A stretch of DNA of 64,000 bases from Squalus acanthias (lineage: Eukaryota), in NCBI GenBank assembly GCA_030390025.1, contig CM059432.1:82214001-82278000 (forward strand), in the 5' to 3' direction. Positions 27,140-41,327 of the stretch are shown piece after piece. Below the pieces are notes generated by a model that had not been told where the DNA came from, did no database searches, and worked only from the letters and a program-made list of their open reading frames with translations. The position numbers and the translations under genes are program-made. The first letter of the stretch is position 1. Each line of letters opens with the position of its first letter.

Positions 27140-27570
27140 TGTCAGCTTGACTCAGTTGATGGCACGCTCGCTCAGGTCAGATGGTTGTGGGTTTGAGCCC
27201 TGCTCCAGGGGGTTGAGCACATAATGTAGGCTAGGTCTCCGGTGCAGTACTGAGGGAGTGCTGCATTGTTGGAAATGCCAACCTTTGCATGAGACGTTAA
27301 ACTGAGATCCCACCTGCTGTCTTGGTGGATCAGGTGAGCATTAGTATTCTGATGTCATTATTCGAAGAAGACTAGAGAATTCTAATGGTGACCTTCCCAA
27401 CATTCCTGATTATTCATCTCATGGCTGCTCATGAGATACTTTTAGCACAGAATGGCTGCTGTAGTTTGTCGACATGACAACAATCCCTGCACTTCAGGAA
27501 AAAAGTAACTCATTATGTAAATTGCTTTGAGAAGTTTTGACGTGAAAGGCGCTATATAAATGCAATTATT
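27140..27570 (+). mobile_element. DeuSINE (older copy)
   Basis: tRNA-like head, gtgcagtactgagggagtgctgca core, aggcgctatataaatgca tail. Confidence 0.7.
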
Positions 27571-28692
27571 ATTTATTTATATTATTGTATTACTACAGTA
27601 AAGCTACTCAAATGTCCAGAATAGCTTTATCTGTAATATTAACCTCAACTACAAAAATAAAATATAAAATACAATTTTTAGTAAAAATCTAAACTTTTAA
27701 ATATTTCCATTCCATCCCTGTGTTTCTTTTTTTCAACCTCTTGAAGTCTTTCATCCCCTATTTTCTCTTTACATAATTTTATTGCTTTTAATTTAATTTT
27801 ACTTATTTCTAACTAGCCTAACTCTAATCCTCTCTAATTTGAAACCTTGTATTTACCTTCTTTTTGTGGCCCCACTGTCCATTTTGGAGGGGGGGAGCAA
27901 GTTCCAAAATATTGTTCTTTCTTTGTTTTAAAACTGATTTTGAAGGTTTTTTTTCCAGCCAATCAAAGATAAACATGACTATGTCTTTGGTACATCAGCA
28001 CATATCAAACAGAAGGTCTGACTGAACGAGTGCACTCAGCACCAGCCCTGGAGCCCAACAAGCTCATCTTTTACAACCAATCCGGACACAGATTACTGAT
28101 TTTAGATCAGATGTGTGATAAGTCAAACTTGAGGGTTTTCTGAAGCGCAAACTTGACAAAGTGATCTTTCAAATGTAATATTTTGGTATCCATGTTGTAA
28201 AGCATCTACCACAAATAGGTCACTCTGCCCCAAAAACATGAATTATCCTCTCGAGAAAAAAATAATTGTTATTAACCCACATATAGGCTGTATAACCAAC
28301 TTAAACTGATTTCTTCTTATATATATTTTCCTATCTGTAACTTGTGCATAATTAGGCAGAACAGAGGAAATAAATTTAAATGAAGAAGGTTGACTTATTA
28401 GAACTACTTTTGTGTGTGCGGAGGTGCATACAGTAGCTTTAAGCATGTAGTAATTATTTGTGTAGATTAATTACCCTGCCTGTGGATAATCATTCTTTTC
28501 TGGGAATTGAGTACAAAAATGATACATTCACAGAGCCACACAGCAGAAATTCAGTTATAAAATTAAATACGGAAGTCTAAGAAAATGTCAATAGTGAAAT
28601 ACAAAGTTAATGTAATAGTATAAACAGTTACTGTTAGCATCAAGCTTGTTCTGAAGCTAATATTGAATATAAAATCAGGTACTCTGTGTCAT

Positions 28693-28878
28693 GGGGATAA
28701 TTTTGACTTTGTGCGATAGTGTAAAATGGGTGATAGCGAACCGGTAGCCCCTTTTACACCTCTCCCAATTTTTATTTCTATTGAAGTCAATGGGAATAAA
28801 AATCGAGAGAGATGTAATACGGGCTGCCAATTCGCTATCGCTCATTTTACACTTTAACACAAAGTCAAAATCTACCCC
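28693..28878. mobile_element. Palindromic Harbinger-like MITE (about 185 bp)
   Basis: Long inverted arms GGGGATAATTTTGACTTTGTG..AGTGTAAAATG / CATTTTACACT..CACAAAGTCAAAATCTACCCC; relatives at 50562 and 54351. Confidence 0.8.
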
Positions 28879-29159
28879 ACAGTCTTTTATATGTTTCCAC
28901 TGCCTAATAAAATGTGTAAAGAAGCTGACCGTCCTAACTGAACTAGTTTGCAATGATACGAGACTACTGTTTACTCTCTCTATTAGTCTAGGTTTCCCAG
29001 CCATGTTCTCTTGATTAATTCTTGTGTCAAAGGTTACTTTTTCTCTCTATTTTAACCATATTACATTTTTCTTCAGGTAATGCATGGACAGATACATTGT
29101 GAATAATTTTACCGTTCTAAAAACATTAACAAAAATTACTCTTGTATTTTCCTAATCAG

Positions 29160-29193
29160 GAAATAAAGATGGAGGAAGCTTTGATCAGCACAG
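29160..29193 (+). CDS. SULF1: SULF1 34-nt exon (GNKDGGSFDQHR), frame-switching if skipped
   Basis: CAG/GTATCC flanks; phase 1 to 2; matches GNKDGGSYDLHR of SULF1. Confidence 0.93.
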
Positions 29194-29604
29194 GTATCCA
29201 TACTTTTTATTCTCTTAAACAACTTTCTTTCCAACCAATTGCATGAGCTGGCACATTGAAGCTTTTTTTTTTAGTTTTGTTGTGCATTGCACTCAGCATT
29301 CTTTATTGCATGACAACTCATCCTTTAACAAATAACAGCTAAATCTTATTTCAGATCATCTGTTTTACTCAACTCTGCTCTTTGGGTACCACAGGAGTCC
29401 TAATAATTTGCTTTTGTTGTGATCCCAGTTCAGTTGCTCCTCGAAGATGAAAGTGATTTCAAACTGAAGAGAAATTGTTTAATTCCTATCATTCTCCCCA
29501 TCACTCTCTCACACATGTAAATATACACATGTATACTGACACACTTACACATATCAAACACACACTAACACAGACACTTGATAATCGAAAAACTGAATAC
29601 CATT

Positions 29605-30340
29605 GGGGTAGAGTTTCCACTAGGTTGCGCTGGCAATTTGCCCAAAATCAACCAGCGCAAAAGATCGAGTAATTTCAAGGGCAGGTTACGTCCAGCCTAA
29701 ATCGAGTTTCCGCGATCTTTTGCGCTGGTTTAAAGAACATAGCACTGGAAGCTGGCCACGACCCCAGATCAAATTAATCACCATGATGAGTTTCCGCTAA
29801 TTGCGCCCGTTTGTGGGCCTTCAAGGAGGCTCTTAAAATTAAGCTGGTATTTTTTAGGCGTGAGGGCACTAATAGGCACCTTTTAAAAGCATTTAAATAT
29901 TAAATATTTAATTTACTAAGAAACTGACTTACCGTACACCAATGAAACTAGTAAATGGTTCTGTATAGTTTTTTTTAAAGTCATTTTCAGTTTTTCCAGT
30001 TATTTAAAATCAGGTTACTCACAGATGGTGGACTAGACATTCTTATTAAAAATGCTTATTTTTTGTGATAAACTCATTTACAGCTGGATTAATAAAACTG
30101 TGCCAGGTTACCACTCTGAAATATACCAAGGAATATTTTTAACGCAAGGAAAATAAAATAACAATTACGTTCTAAAACGCTGCCCGATTGCGCTGGTTCA
30201 TGGAAGATTTTACGTTTGTGATTATGCCAGTAAGTTTAAGCGGAATCTTGAACCATAACTTCACTTCGCAAAACTAGCACAAGTTTGAGCACAATTTACA
30301 CCCAGATTGCTGATTGCGGCCAAAGTAGAAACTTTACCCC
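29605..30340. mobile_element. Harbinger-like non-autonomous element
   Basis: TIR GGGGTAGAGTTTCCACT / AGTAGAAACTTTACCCC. Confidence 0.7.
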
Positions 30341-31781
30341 AATATGTTTTGCGAAATTCTACAACGAAGCTATAAACACTGTTGATATTTTTTTAAATCA
30401 GTCTAATAAAAATTCCACAAATATGAATTTCTAATTCCAGTTAAATCGCCTGTAAAATGTCATCTGTATCCATTAACTGGGGCTTTAAATTCTACCAAAT
30501 CACAATCTTGTGGCCCCCATCCTGAACCAAGGATGGTAATATCCAGACTAGTTACAATGTTTTAACATTTTCTCCTATGTGGACTGTGGTTCAGTAGGCA
30601 ATTTGGAGTAATTCTACTTCAAAAGTATTTTCTATCATTAATGTCGGATGTTTTCAATAATTTTGCTCAAACTTATCAACATCCATGAAAGATTTGGAGC
30701 CTGAATTAAACTTTCAGTACATTCGTAAGTAATTTTTTTAACCTTTCGTCTATTTATAATTGGTAAGCTTCATATTGCCTTTTCCATCTTGCAGTTATCT
30801 TCTAAAATCTAATATGAATTACTAAACTATCTTAACCATGAAAAACACAAACTTCCATTGGTGCCACAGAATGTGACAGTATGAGTTTGTATCTGTAATG
30901 CCTGCACAATAAGCTTGACAGGACTGTTCATGAAAGTGCTGAGTGGAGGCGAGAAGCTTCCCCACAGGCAGCACAAGCATATTGGCACAAGTCACGCTGG
31001 ACCTTTCCCCAATAGCTTCTGGGAACCGGAGTCAGAAAGGAATTGGTAAAGGCCTGGGAGAAGGACAGCTATCTGCCCTCTTATTGTAAACTGGGATGTC
31101 GCACAGAGAGGTCTTAAAGTGGGAGAAAAACAAATGTATTTAAAAGACTAGGGCCGGAATTTTTACATTGAAGAGAGTGCGGGTTCGCGAGCAGGTCAGC
31201 AGTTAAAAGCATCGAAATTGACTGTGTCAGGAACCCACCTGCATCCCGCCGGCTTCCCCATTTAACTCGGGTGCGTTTCCCAGTGCTCGAGAGAGGCGGG
31301 CGACCTCATTGAAGTAGTTAACAGCTCGTTGACAGATCCTCAAGAGGCTTTTTAACCTAAGGTTTTAGCTTTTACTGCTTGTGCATGGGATTCACAGACT
31401 CCCTGAAGCTCGCCTGTGAAGGCAAGGTGAGAGCTCAGTGGCCATTGTGTAAGTTCATTAAGTGACAGCTGGAAAAAGCACAAATACTCACACCTTACAC
31501 CTGCTTCCTTGCCTGAGGGAAAGGCTCTTGGTCACACCATTTTGTGCAAAAATTTTGTTTTCAGGAGTTTGCAAGTGATTTCTGCAACCTTGGAAGTCAC
31601 TCACTACATTGGAGGATTGTGCCTCTGATCTCCACTTTACCTGGCATCTGTCAGATCAGCATGGGGACCTTGGACCTCAGATTGTGACCAAGATGAGCCC
31701 CAGCAGCAGCAGCAGCCTTCCCCTCATCGACCTGATGCTCCACAGGACAAATGGGATCAGCACAGGGGTGCACCTCACCAG

Positions 31782-32822
31782 AGGCGATACCCCCAACACA
31801 GGGTATACAGGCAGAGGATGAGCTTCCTGGACATGACTGAACAGCAGTGCTTCAGGAAGCTCAGGCTATCGTGCCAGGTCATGGCAGACATTTGTAGCTT
31901 GCTGGAACAAGACCTGCTGCCCAGAGGACCTGGTGGACACTCCTTACCAGTGGCTGTCAAAGTCACCACCGCCCTCAACTTCTTCGCCTCAGGCTCCTTC
32001 CAGGAATCTGCAGCAGACATTTGCAGGTTCTCACAGTCAGCCGCCCACAAATGCATCACCCAGGTGACCGATGCCATATTTCACTTATGTGCACTTTGCC
32101 ACTGATGAAGCCAGTGTGACTGAGCGGGCACTTGGCTTTGCAGCTCTGGCTGGTTTCCTACGGGTACAGGGCATCATCGACTGCACACATGTGGCTATGA
32201 AGACACCCCATCATCACCCAGGAGTGTTTGTGAACCAGAAGGGCTTCAACTCCCTCAATGTGCAGCTCATCTGCAACCACAAAAAGATCCTCATGCATGT
32301 GTGTGCCAGATTTCCAGGGAGCTGTTATGACTCTTTTGTCCTGCGCCAGTCCACCATCCCTCAGCTCTTCGCACCTTCGAACAGACTTACCGGCTAGCTA
32401 CTTGGAGACAAGGGCTATTCACTGAAGACATGGCTCATGACACCCTGGAGGAGGCCAAGCAATGAGGCTGAGGAGCGCTATAATCAAAGCTACACGATGA
32501 CCAGATGTGTAATAGAGCAAGCAATTGGCATGCTGAAGATGCGCTTCAGATGCCTTGACAAATCTGGAGGAGCCCTTCAGTACGCACTAGCCAGGGTCTC
32601 CAGAATCATCGTCATACGCTGCATGCTGCACAACATAGCGCAGCAGCGAGGATTGGAGCGGCAGGAGGCGCAGAGTGCACAGCCTCTTTGGAGGAGGAGG
32701 AGGAGCAGGTGGAACATGAGGAGGAGGAGGAGGAGGAGGAACCTGAGGTGGACATGGCACCATTAGCAGCCCACATTGCTGTCTGGGAGGCCCGGGATGG
32801 CCTCATAATGGCACGATTTAGT
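31782..32822 (+). pseudogene. Disrupted Harbinger (HARBI1-like) DDE transposase
   Basis: [69 protein letters not shown]; frameshift at about 32080, in-frame TAG at 32395-32397. Confidence 0.92.
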
Positions 32823-34552
32823 TAAGTTACACCAGTGCACCCATCTGGCTCCCAGATGCTGTACCAACTCCCCCCCTCCCCCCCCCCCACCCCCCACCAA
32901 TACCATAAAGCAGTCCTAAAATGACCAAACCATTCCTGTCACACACAGACCCATTGCTCGAGGTTAAGTAATGTCTCACCATTCACTCCAAGTGACGAGG
33001 CCACTTCCCAGGTAGCAGGCAAAAATGGACAAGACTGGGAAAGTGGTGCAAAGAAATAAATTGATGTGCATCATAAATAGAACTGAAACTTAACAATAAC
33101 ATTTTGAAAAACACCCATGTGCATACCCTTGTGCATCTACGATTGTGTCATTTACTTATACTTGTGTCATGTGCTTCTACGAGGTGCACCCCCTTCAGCA
33201 GAGGTAGAGGCAGGCTGCTCACTTCCCTGCTCTGACTGCTTAGACACTTTGGCGGAGGTCCTCTGGGTTTTGAAACCTGTGAGGGCCCCGCCAAAGACTG
33301 CTCCTCCTGCAACTGTGCACGGGTAGACACGGCCATCGGGATCCAAGATAGCATGTGGGGCTCTGACTGAGTGGGAGGCAACGGGGCAGAAGTGTGAGCA
33401 CTTTGAGCAGAGCCCCCACTTCCATGTTCCCTCTCACCATCATCCCTCTCATGGGCCACCCGCACTTCCCTGCTAGCAAGGAGCTGGAGAGCACCATGCT
33501 GCACAGCAGTGGGGCGATGAATGCCCAAATCTACATTGGTATCCCTCCTAGAGATGATTGCTGTCAGTGACTGAAAGCTGTTGTCCACAGCAAGCATGGG
33601 ATCCTTTGACTGGCATATTAGCTGCTCCATGCAGGTGGCCATCATTTCTGTGGAAGAGCACATCGTCACCATCACCTGCGACATGATGCTGCTCATGTGG
33701 AGATGGACTCCTCCGTTCTCTCTACAGTCGCACACATCGTGGCTGGGAAAGCTGCCAGAGCCTCGCACATTTGTTGCTGCTCCTTCAATTGGGTCAGTTG
33801 TCCCACATACTAATCAAGCAACAGCCTGACATAGTCATACTCACAGCCTTTCAGCCAATGTCCCAGACTCCTTCTTCACCATCCCTGGGTATATCCTGTC
33901 CCACCGGCAGGACAGACCCACCAGGGGTGGCGGCACAGTGGTATACAGTTGGGAAGGAGTGGCCCTGAGAGTCCTCAACATTGACTCCGGACCCCATGAA
34001 GTCTCATGGCTTCAGGTCAAGCATGGACAAGGAAGCCTCCTGCTGATTACCATCTACTGCCCTCCCTCAGCTGATGAATCAGTACTCCTCCATGCTGAAC
34101 ACCACTTGGAAGAAGCACTGAGAGTAGCGAGGGCACAGAATGTACTCTGGGTGGGGAACTTCAATGTCCATCACCAAGAGTGGCTCGGTAGCATCACTAC
34201 TGACTGAGCTGGCTGAGTCCTGAAGGACATAGCAGCCAGACAGGACCTGCGGTAGTGGTGAGAGAACCAACACGAGGAAAAAACCTACTTGACCTCGTCC
34301 TCACCAATCTACCTGTCACAGCTGCATCTGTCCATGACAGTATTGGTAGCAGTGACCACCACACAGTCCTTGTGGAGACAAAGACCCGTCTTCACACTGA
34401 GGACACCCTCCATCGTGTTGTGTGGCACTACCACCATGCTAAATGGGATAGATTCAGAACAGATCTAGCAGCTCAAAACTGGGCATCCATGAGGCGCTGT
34501 GGGCCATCAGCAGCAGCAGAATTGTACTCCACCATAATCTGTAAACTCATGG

Positions 34553-37522
34553 GCCTTTAAAGAGGAAATAGTTCGGGTACAGTTGAGGTACATTCCCACT
34601 AGGGGGAAAGTTAGGGCAACCAAAGTCAGAGCTCCCTGGATGACGAAAGAGATAGAGTAAGATGAAGCAGAAAAAGAGCGCGTATGACAGATGTCAGGTT
34701 GAGAATACATCTGAGAATCAGGCTAACTATAGAAAGTTCAGAGGAGAAGTGAATAAGAAAATAAGAGGGGCAAAGAGAGGGTATGAGAATAGAATGGCAG
34801 CCAACATAAAAGGTAATCCAAAAGTCTTCTATAGGCATATAGGTAGTAAGAGGAGGGGTGGGGTCGATTAGGGACCAAAAAGGAGACCTATGCATGGAGG
34901 CAGAGGGTATGGCTGAAGTGCTAAATGAGTACTTTGTATCTGTCTTCACCAAGGAAGAAGATGCTGCCATAGACATAGTGAAGGAGGAGGTAGAGGAGAT
35001 AATGGATGGGATAAAAATTGATAAAGAGGAGGTACTAGAAAGGCTGGCTGTACTTAAAGTAGATAAGTCACCAGGACCAGATGGGATGCATCCTAGGACA
35101 CTGAGGGAAGTGAAGGAAGAAATCGCGGAGGTACTGGCCATAATCTTCCAAACCTCCTGAGAAATGAGGGTGGTGCCAGAGGACTGGAGAATTGCAAATG
35201 TTACACCCTTGTTCAAAAAAGGATGTAAAGGTAAACCCAGCAACAGCAGGTCAGTCAGTTTAACCTCGGCAGTAAGGAAGCTTTTAGAAACAATAATCAG
35301 GGACAAAATTAACAGTCACTTGGACAAGTGTGGATTAATTACGGAAAGCCAGCACGGATTTGTTAAAGGCAAATCGTGTTTAACCAACTTGATCAAGTTT
35401 TTTGATGAGGTAACAGAGAGGGTTGATGAGGGCAATGCGGTTGACGTGGTGTACATGGATTTCCAAAAGGCGTTCGACAAAGTGCCACATAATAGGCTTG
35501 CCAGCAAAGTTGAAGCCCATGGAATAAAAGGGGGAGTGGCAGCATGGATACGAAATTGACTAAGTGACAGGAAACAGAGAGTAGTGGTGAATGGTTGTTT
35601 TTCGGACTGGAGGAAGGTACACAGTGGTGTTCCCCAGGGGTCGGTTCTAGGACCACTGCTTTTCTTGATATAAATGACTTGGATGTGGGTGTACAGGGCA
35701 CAATTTCAAAAATTGCAGATGACACAAAACTTGGAAGTATAGTGAACAGTTAGAAGGATAGTGATAGACTTCAAGAGGACATAGACAGGCTGGTGGAATG
35801 GGTAGGCAGATGAAATTTAATGCAGAAAAGTGAGAAATGATACATTTTGGTAGAAAGAATGAAGAGAGAAAATATAAACTAAAGGGTACAATCCTAAAGG
35901 GGGTGCATGAACAGAGAGACCTAGGGATATATGTGCACAAATTGTTGATGGTGACAGGGCAGGATGAGAAAGCAGTTAAAAAGCTTACGGGATCCTGGGC
36001 TTCATGAATAGAGGTCTTGGGGTAGAAATTAGGTCGCGCCCCATTTGGGGCGCAAATATCGTCTGGACGCAAATATTAGCGCCTGGCGCTAATTATCGGC
36101 ACTGACAGGAAACTTCACTTTTACCGCCCCGGGAGGTGAGTGGAGCGCTAAAGCAGGCGCTGCACACCTGTCTTAAGGCGCAAAGGCCAAGGAGTGAGGC
36201 GCTAACTCAGAGCGCTGGCGAAGCTCATGTAATGTCAGTCAGCAATGAAACACACACACAATGGCACGGGCCAGTTCTTAAAGGGGATGGTTAATCTTGC
36301 TTTCCATCCACATCCTGTTCATTGCAGCCTTGAATCTTGGCCTGGAGAGACTTGCACATCAAATGTGCTGGAAAGAACAATGGAGAGTACCAGGCAAAGA
36401 GCTCAGAGTGCAGCTCCCACAGTCTCTGCTAAATCGATACAAGGAATGGCAAATCAAAATGAACCTGCAAAGTGCTGCTCAGTACCCAAAACTCCTTCAT
36501 ACAACGTTGAATCTCTCCAGAAGTCTCTCCCTCTCTCTCTCAGAATGCGTAGTTCAAAAATGCCACCAACAATAAAAGCCAGGAAGAGGCCCCCTTTAAA
36601 TAGCGCCACCCCCAGCCCCACAGCGATTGATAGCGTTCCAGTCTTCTGGTCGTTGGATGCGCCAGGCGGTAAGGCAGGGGGCGCCACTCAATTTCCGCTC
36701 CGGGGTGCCACAAGGGCGTTGCACCATGGAATGACGTCACAATCTGCGCGCGCAGGTGGTCGCAGCGGTAAGTTTTAGCGCCGCCGCACAATCTCAAGTT
36801 AAGTTCTCGAGTGGCGCAAACATCACTGCACACGGGCGTTAGCGGCTTTGCGCCCCATTAGCGCCCTCTTAAGGCGCTAACGGGAGGCGCAACCAAGTGA
36901 ATTTTTACCCCATAGAGTACAAAAGTGTGGAAATTATAATGAACCTGTATAAAACACTGGTTCGGCCTCAACTGGAGTATTGTGTCCAATTCTGGGCACT
37001 GCACTTTAGGAAGGATGTGAAAGCCTTAGAGAGGGTGTAGGAAAGATTTACAAGAATGGTTCCAGGAAAGAGGGTCTTCAGTTACGTGGATAGACTGGAG
37101 AAGCTGGGGTTGTTGTCCTTAGAGCACAGGAGGTTGAGAGGAGATTTGATAGAGGTGTTCAAAATCATGAGGGGTCTGGTCAGAGCAGATAGAGAGAAAC
37201 TGTTCCCATTGGCGGAAGGGTCGCGAACCAGACGACACAGATTTAAGGTGACTGGCAGAAGAACCAAAGGCGACATAAAGAGAAACTTTTTTACTCAGTG
37301 AGTGGTTAGGATCTAGATTGCAATACCTGAAAGGGTGGTAGAGGCAGACTCAATCACAGCTTTCAAAAGGGAATTGGATAAGTACCAGAAGTAAAAAAAA
37401 TTGCAGGGCTACGGGGAAAGGGCGGGGGAGTGGGACTAGCTGAAGTGCTCTTGCAGAGAGCTGGCACAGGCTCGATGGGCCGAATGGCCTTCTTCCGTGC
37501 TATAACCATTCTATGATTCTAT
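34553..37522 (+). mobile_element. CR1 LINE (5'-truncated, degenerate), nested in LINE family B
   Basis: KSPGPDGMHPR, QHGFVKGKSCLTNL, MDFQKAFDKVPH; ttctatgattctat tail. Confidence 0.92.
36019..36911. mobile_element. Harbinger-like non-autonomous element nested in CR1
   Basis: TIR GGGGTAGAAATT / AATTTTTACCCC; interrupts the CR1 at aatagagg|atagagtacaaa; CpG-rich subterminal arms. Confidence 0.8.
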
Positions 37523-39559
37523 ATCCCTCACTCTACCATTACCATCAAGCCAGGAGAACAACCCTGGTTCAATGAGGAGTGCAGAAGAGCATGCCAGGAG
37601 CAGCACCAGGCGTACCTAAAAATGAGGTGGCAACCTGGGGAAGCTGCAACACAGGACTACATGCATGCTAAACAGCGGAAGCAGCATGCTGTAGACAGAG
37701 CTAAGTGATCCTGCAATCAACGGATCAGATGAAAGCTGTGCAGTTCTGCCACATCCAGTCGTGAATGGTGGTGGACCATTAAACAACTAACGGGAGGAGG
37801 AGGCTCCATGAATATCCCCATCCTCAATGATGGCAGAGCCCAGCACGCGAGTGCAAAAGACAAGGCTGAAGTGTTTGCAACCATTTTCAGCCAGAAGTGC
37901 CAAGTGGATGATCCATATCGACTTCTTCCTGACATCCCTACCATCGCAGATGCCAGTCTTCAGCCAATTCGACTCACACCACGTGATATCAAGAAACGGC
38001 TGAGCACACTGGATACAGCAAAGGCTGTGGGCCCTGACAACATCCTGGCTGTCGTGCTGAAGACTTATGCTCCAGAACTCGCTGCGCCTCTAGCCAAGCT
38101 ATTCCAGTACAGCTATAACACTGACATCTATCCGACAATGTGGAAAACTGCCCAGGTATATCCTGTCCACAAAAAGCAGAACAAATCCAATCTGGCCAAT
38201 TACCGCCCCATCAGTCTACTCTCAATCATGAGCAAAGTGATGGAAGGTGTCATCGACAGTGCTATCAAGCGGTACTTACTCACCAATAACCTGCTCACTG
38301 ATGCCCAGTTAGGGTTCCGCCAGGACCACTCGGCTCCAGACCTCATTACAGCCTTGGTCCAAACATGGACAAAAGAGCTGAATTCCAGAGGTGAGGGGAG
38401 AGTGACTGCCCTTGACATCAAGGCAGCATTTGACCGAGTGTGGCATCAAGGAGCCCTAGTAAAACTGAAGTCAATGGGAATCAGGGGGAAAACTCTCCAC
38501 TGGCTGGAGTCATACCTAACACAAAGGAAGATGGTTGTGGTTGTTAGAGGTCAATCATCTCAGCCCCAGGACATTACTGGAGGAGTTCCACAAGGCAGTG
38601 TCCTAGGCCCAACCATCTTCAGCAGTTTCAATGATGATGGGGATGTTCGCTGATGATTGCACAGTGTTCAGTTCCATTCGCAACTCCCCAGATAATGAAG
38701 CAGTCCATGCCCGCATGCAGCAAGACCTGGACGACATTCAGGCTTGGGCTGATAAGTGGCAAGTAAAAATCGCGCCACACAAGTGCCGAGCAATGACTAT
38801 CTCCAACAAGAGAGAGTCTAACCACCGCCCCTTGACATTCAACGGCATTACCATCGCCGAATCCCCCACCATCAACATCCTGGGGGTCACCATTGACCTG
38901 AAACATAAATGGACCAGCCACATAAATACTGTGACAACAAGAGCAGGTCAGAGGCTGGGTATTCTGCGTCGAGTGTCTCACCTCCTGACTCCCCAAAGCC
39001 TTTCTACCATCTACAAGGCACAAGGAAGGAGTGTGATGGAACACTCTCCACTTGCCTGGATGAGTGCAGCTCCAACAACACTTAAGAAGCTCGACACCAT
39101 CCAGGACAAAGCAGCCTGCTTGATTGGCACGCCATCCACCACCTTAAACATTCACTCCCTCCACCACCGGCACACCGTGGCTGCAGTGTGTACCATCTAC
39201 AAGATGGCTGCAGCAACTCGCCAAGGCTTCTCCGGCAGCACCTCCCAAACCCGCGACCTCTTCCACCTAGAAGGACAAGGGCAGCAGGCACGTGGGAACA
39301 ACATCACCTGCAAGTTCCCCTCCAAGTTATCCACCATTCTGACTTGGAAATATATCGCCGTTCCTTCATCGTCGCTGGGTCAAAATCCTGGAACTCCCTC
39401 CCTAACAGCACTATGGGAGTACCTTCACCACACGGACTGCAGCGATTCAAGAAGGCGGCTCACCACCACCGTCTCAAGGGCAGTTAGGGATGGGCAATAA
39501 ATGCTGGCCTTGCCAGCGACACTCACTTCCCAGGAACAAATAAAAAAAATTCAACCTTT

Positions 39560-40690
39560 TTATCGATGGACCCAGTGGTTCAGCATCTGCATCCAGCTGC
39601 GCAGAGCTTGGAGCGTCTTGCGCCCTCCAGCGAGGACTCTCTGCTGCTATCCCTGTCTCCACCATCTGCTCTTGCTCACATGCTGTGTAAGACATCAGGT
39701 GACAGCACTACTCTATGTCTCGCAGGAACCACCAACGTGCGCATATCTGCGTGGTGCTGGGTGCGCAAGGGTCTGGTGGCGGTGCACCCTCAGAGGCTGG
39801 AGCTTCCTCTGCAGAGTCGTCTTCCTCCTCTGGCTGGACAGCGGGGGAACACTTGATGGACCTGTGGGAGAGTAAAGACATGAATTAGAATTCTTATGAT
39901 AAGAATGTTTAACGTTACCATTATGCACATGGTCATATTTCACTGGCTGCTGTATGCCATGTGGCTGTGTCATATTTAATTCTGTCACCAGGTTGCTGGA
40001 AGGTCCCCCTCTCTCCATCTCCCACCACCACCAGCTCTGCACTCCGCTTAATTCCGGCGCCTCCTCCTCTGCTGGTGTCAATGTTGTGTAAAATGGAGGG
40101 CCACCTCCAGTTCTCAGTCTCTCCCTGTTGTTCTGTGATCTCTTCTGCAAGCAGGGAAAGAAGCGAACTTTGAGTGAGAGTGATGGAATGAGTGTCGGGC
40201 GTGACTATGAGGGAGTGGCATGACATTGACAAATGGCCTCCTCTGTAGCGTTACTTTCTATGATTACATTAGGCTAAGGGTGAGTGTCAGTGGTGGATCG
40301 TCAGATGGGGATGTGAGTAGGTGCATAGACAGTGAGGGATGGGTGCACCTGCAAAGTAGTTGGTGTGAGGAGCACCATGCAGGAATAGGCTTGGGAAGGC
40401 AGAGTGATGGGGTTGGGGAGACACGCACATCAGGATGTAGTTGAATCTGGTGTTGTACTCACCTTTCCTGACCTCATGAGGTCATTAAATCTCTTCCTAC
40501 ACTGAATCCAGGAGCAGCTGACAACACCCCTGCTGCTCACTCTATGGGCGATCTCCAGCCATGCCCTCTTGGTTTCACTGGCTGGCCTCTTCCTGCTGTC
40601 ACCAGGGAAGAGGACCTCCTTCTGTGCTCTCACTCCCTGGAGCAGGATATCCAGGGAGGAATCTGAATCCCTGGGCGCAGCCTTCCTGGC
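39560..40690 (-). pseudogene. Spliced Myb/SANT-like (NAIF1/MSANTD-type) partner gene of the Harbinger; continues at about 33150-33790 beyond the LINE insertion
   Basis: RKAAPRDSDSSLDILL..KEVLFP..KRAWLEIA..V..SWIQCRKRFNDL followed by a GTGAGT donor (40462); next exon NRERLRTGGGP. Confidence 0.8.
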
Positions 40691-41327
40691 GCTGAGACTG
40701 CATGATTGGCTATAAGTGATTGCACCCTCACTGTCAAAGTATTGGATGTAACAGCAGCAGGCACCTCTCACAACCACCTCAGACCCTCCTACAACTACCT
40801 TCAACTCTGATGTGTGCAAGGCTCCTTTAAATAGGCGAGCTGAAGGCGAGTCATCCATGACATCATCAGACCCGCTCCATTTAATTGGCAGGGAAACCCG
40901 CATGACTCAGTCGATTGATCTGGGTAAGTTAATCTGGAGAGCACGCTGATGTAAAGTTCGTGATGGCGACCAGCTACGTGGCCCCCCCCCTCCCACACAC
41001 GAACCCACTCACAGGTAAAAATTCAGCCCTAGGAGATTTCTCATGGTGTTTACAATGAATGACACTTACAGGAAGTAAGTGCACTATATGCAAGAATTTT
41101 CAAATAGATGACAAGAAAACATATTTTATAAACTGATGAAATTATCCTATCATATCTTGCAAAGAATTACATTACAAAAAAAGTATTTTTTATTTGGAAT
41201 AATCTAAAATATATAGAGATATTTATATAGAGACTCAGAAAATGATGAATGTACCTAATTTAACCTTATTTTTAGAATCTAACTGATTGATCTTTGCCTC
41301 TTTTTGTTCCTGCTACCTGGTTGCCAG

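Larger units (their letters stand above)
33800..39549 (+). mobile_element. LINE family B (endonuclease plus RT), split by a CR1 insertion at 34553-37522
   Basis: IYCPPS and VGNFNVHH (EN); [35 protein letters not shown] (RT); A-tail at about 39549; stops and frameshifts. Confidence 0.92.
31152..41029. mobile_element. PIF/Harbinger transposon relic (transposase plus convergent Myb/SANT gene) with nested LINEs
   Basis: 15-bp TIRs GGCCGGAATTTTTAC and (reverse complement) GGGCTGAATTTTTAC; 3-bp TSD TAG at 31149-31151 and 41030-41032. Confidence 0.88.

Noticed and set aside
31782..32822. Domesticated HARBI1 gene
   Set aside because: Has a stop and frameshifts, and sits between TIRs/TSD with its Myb partner, so it is a dead transposon
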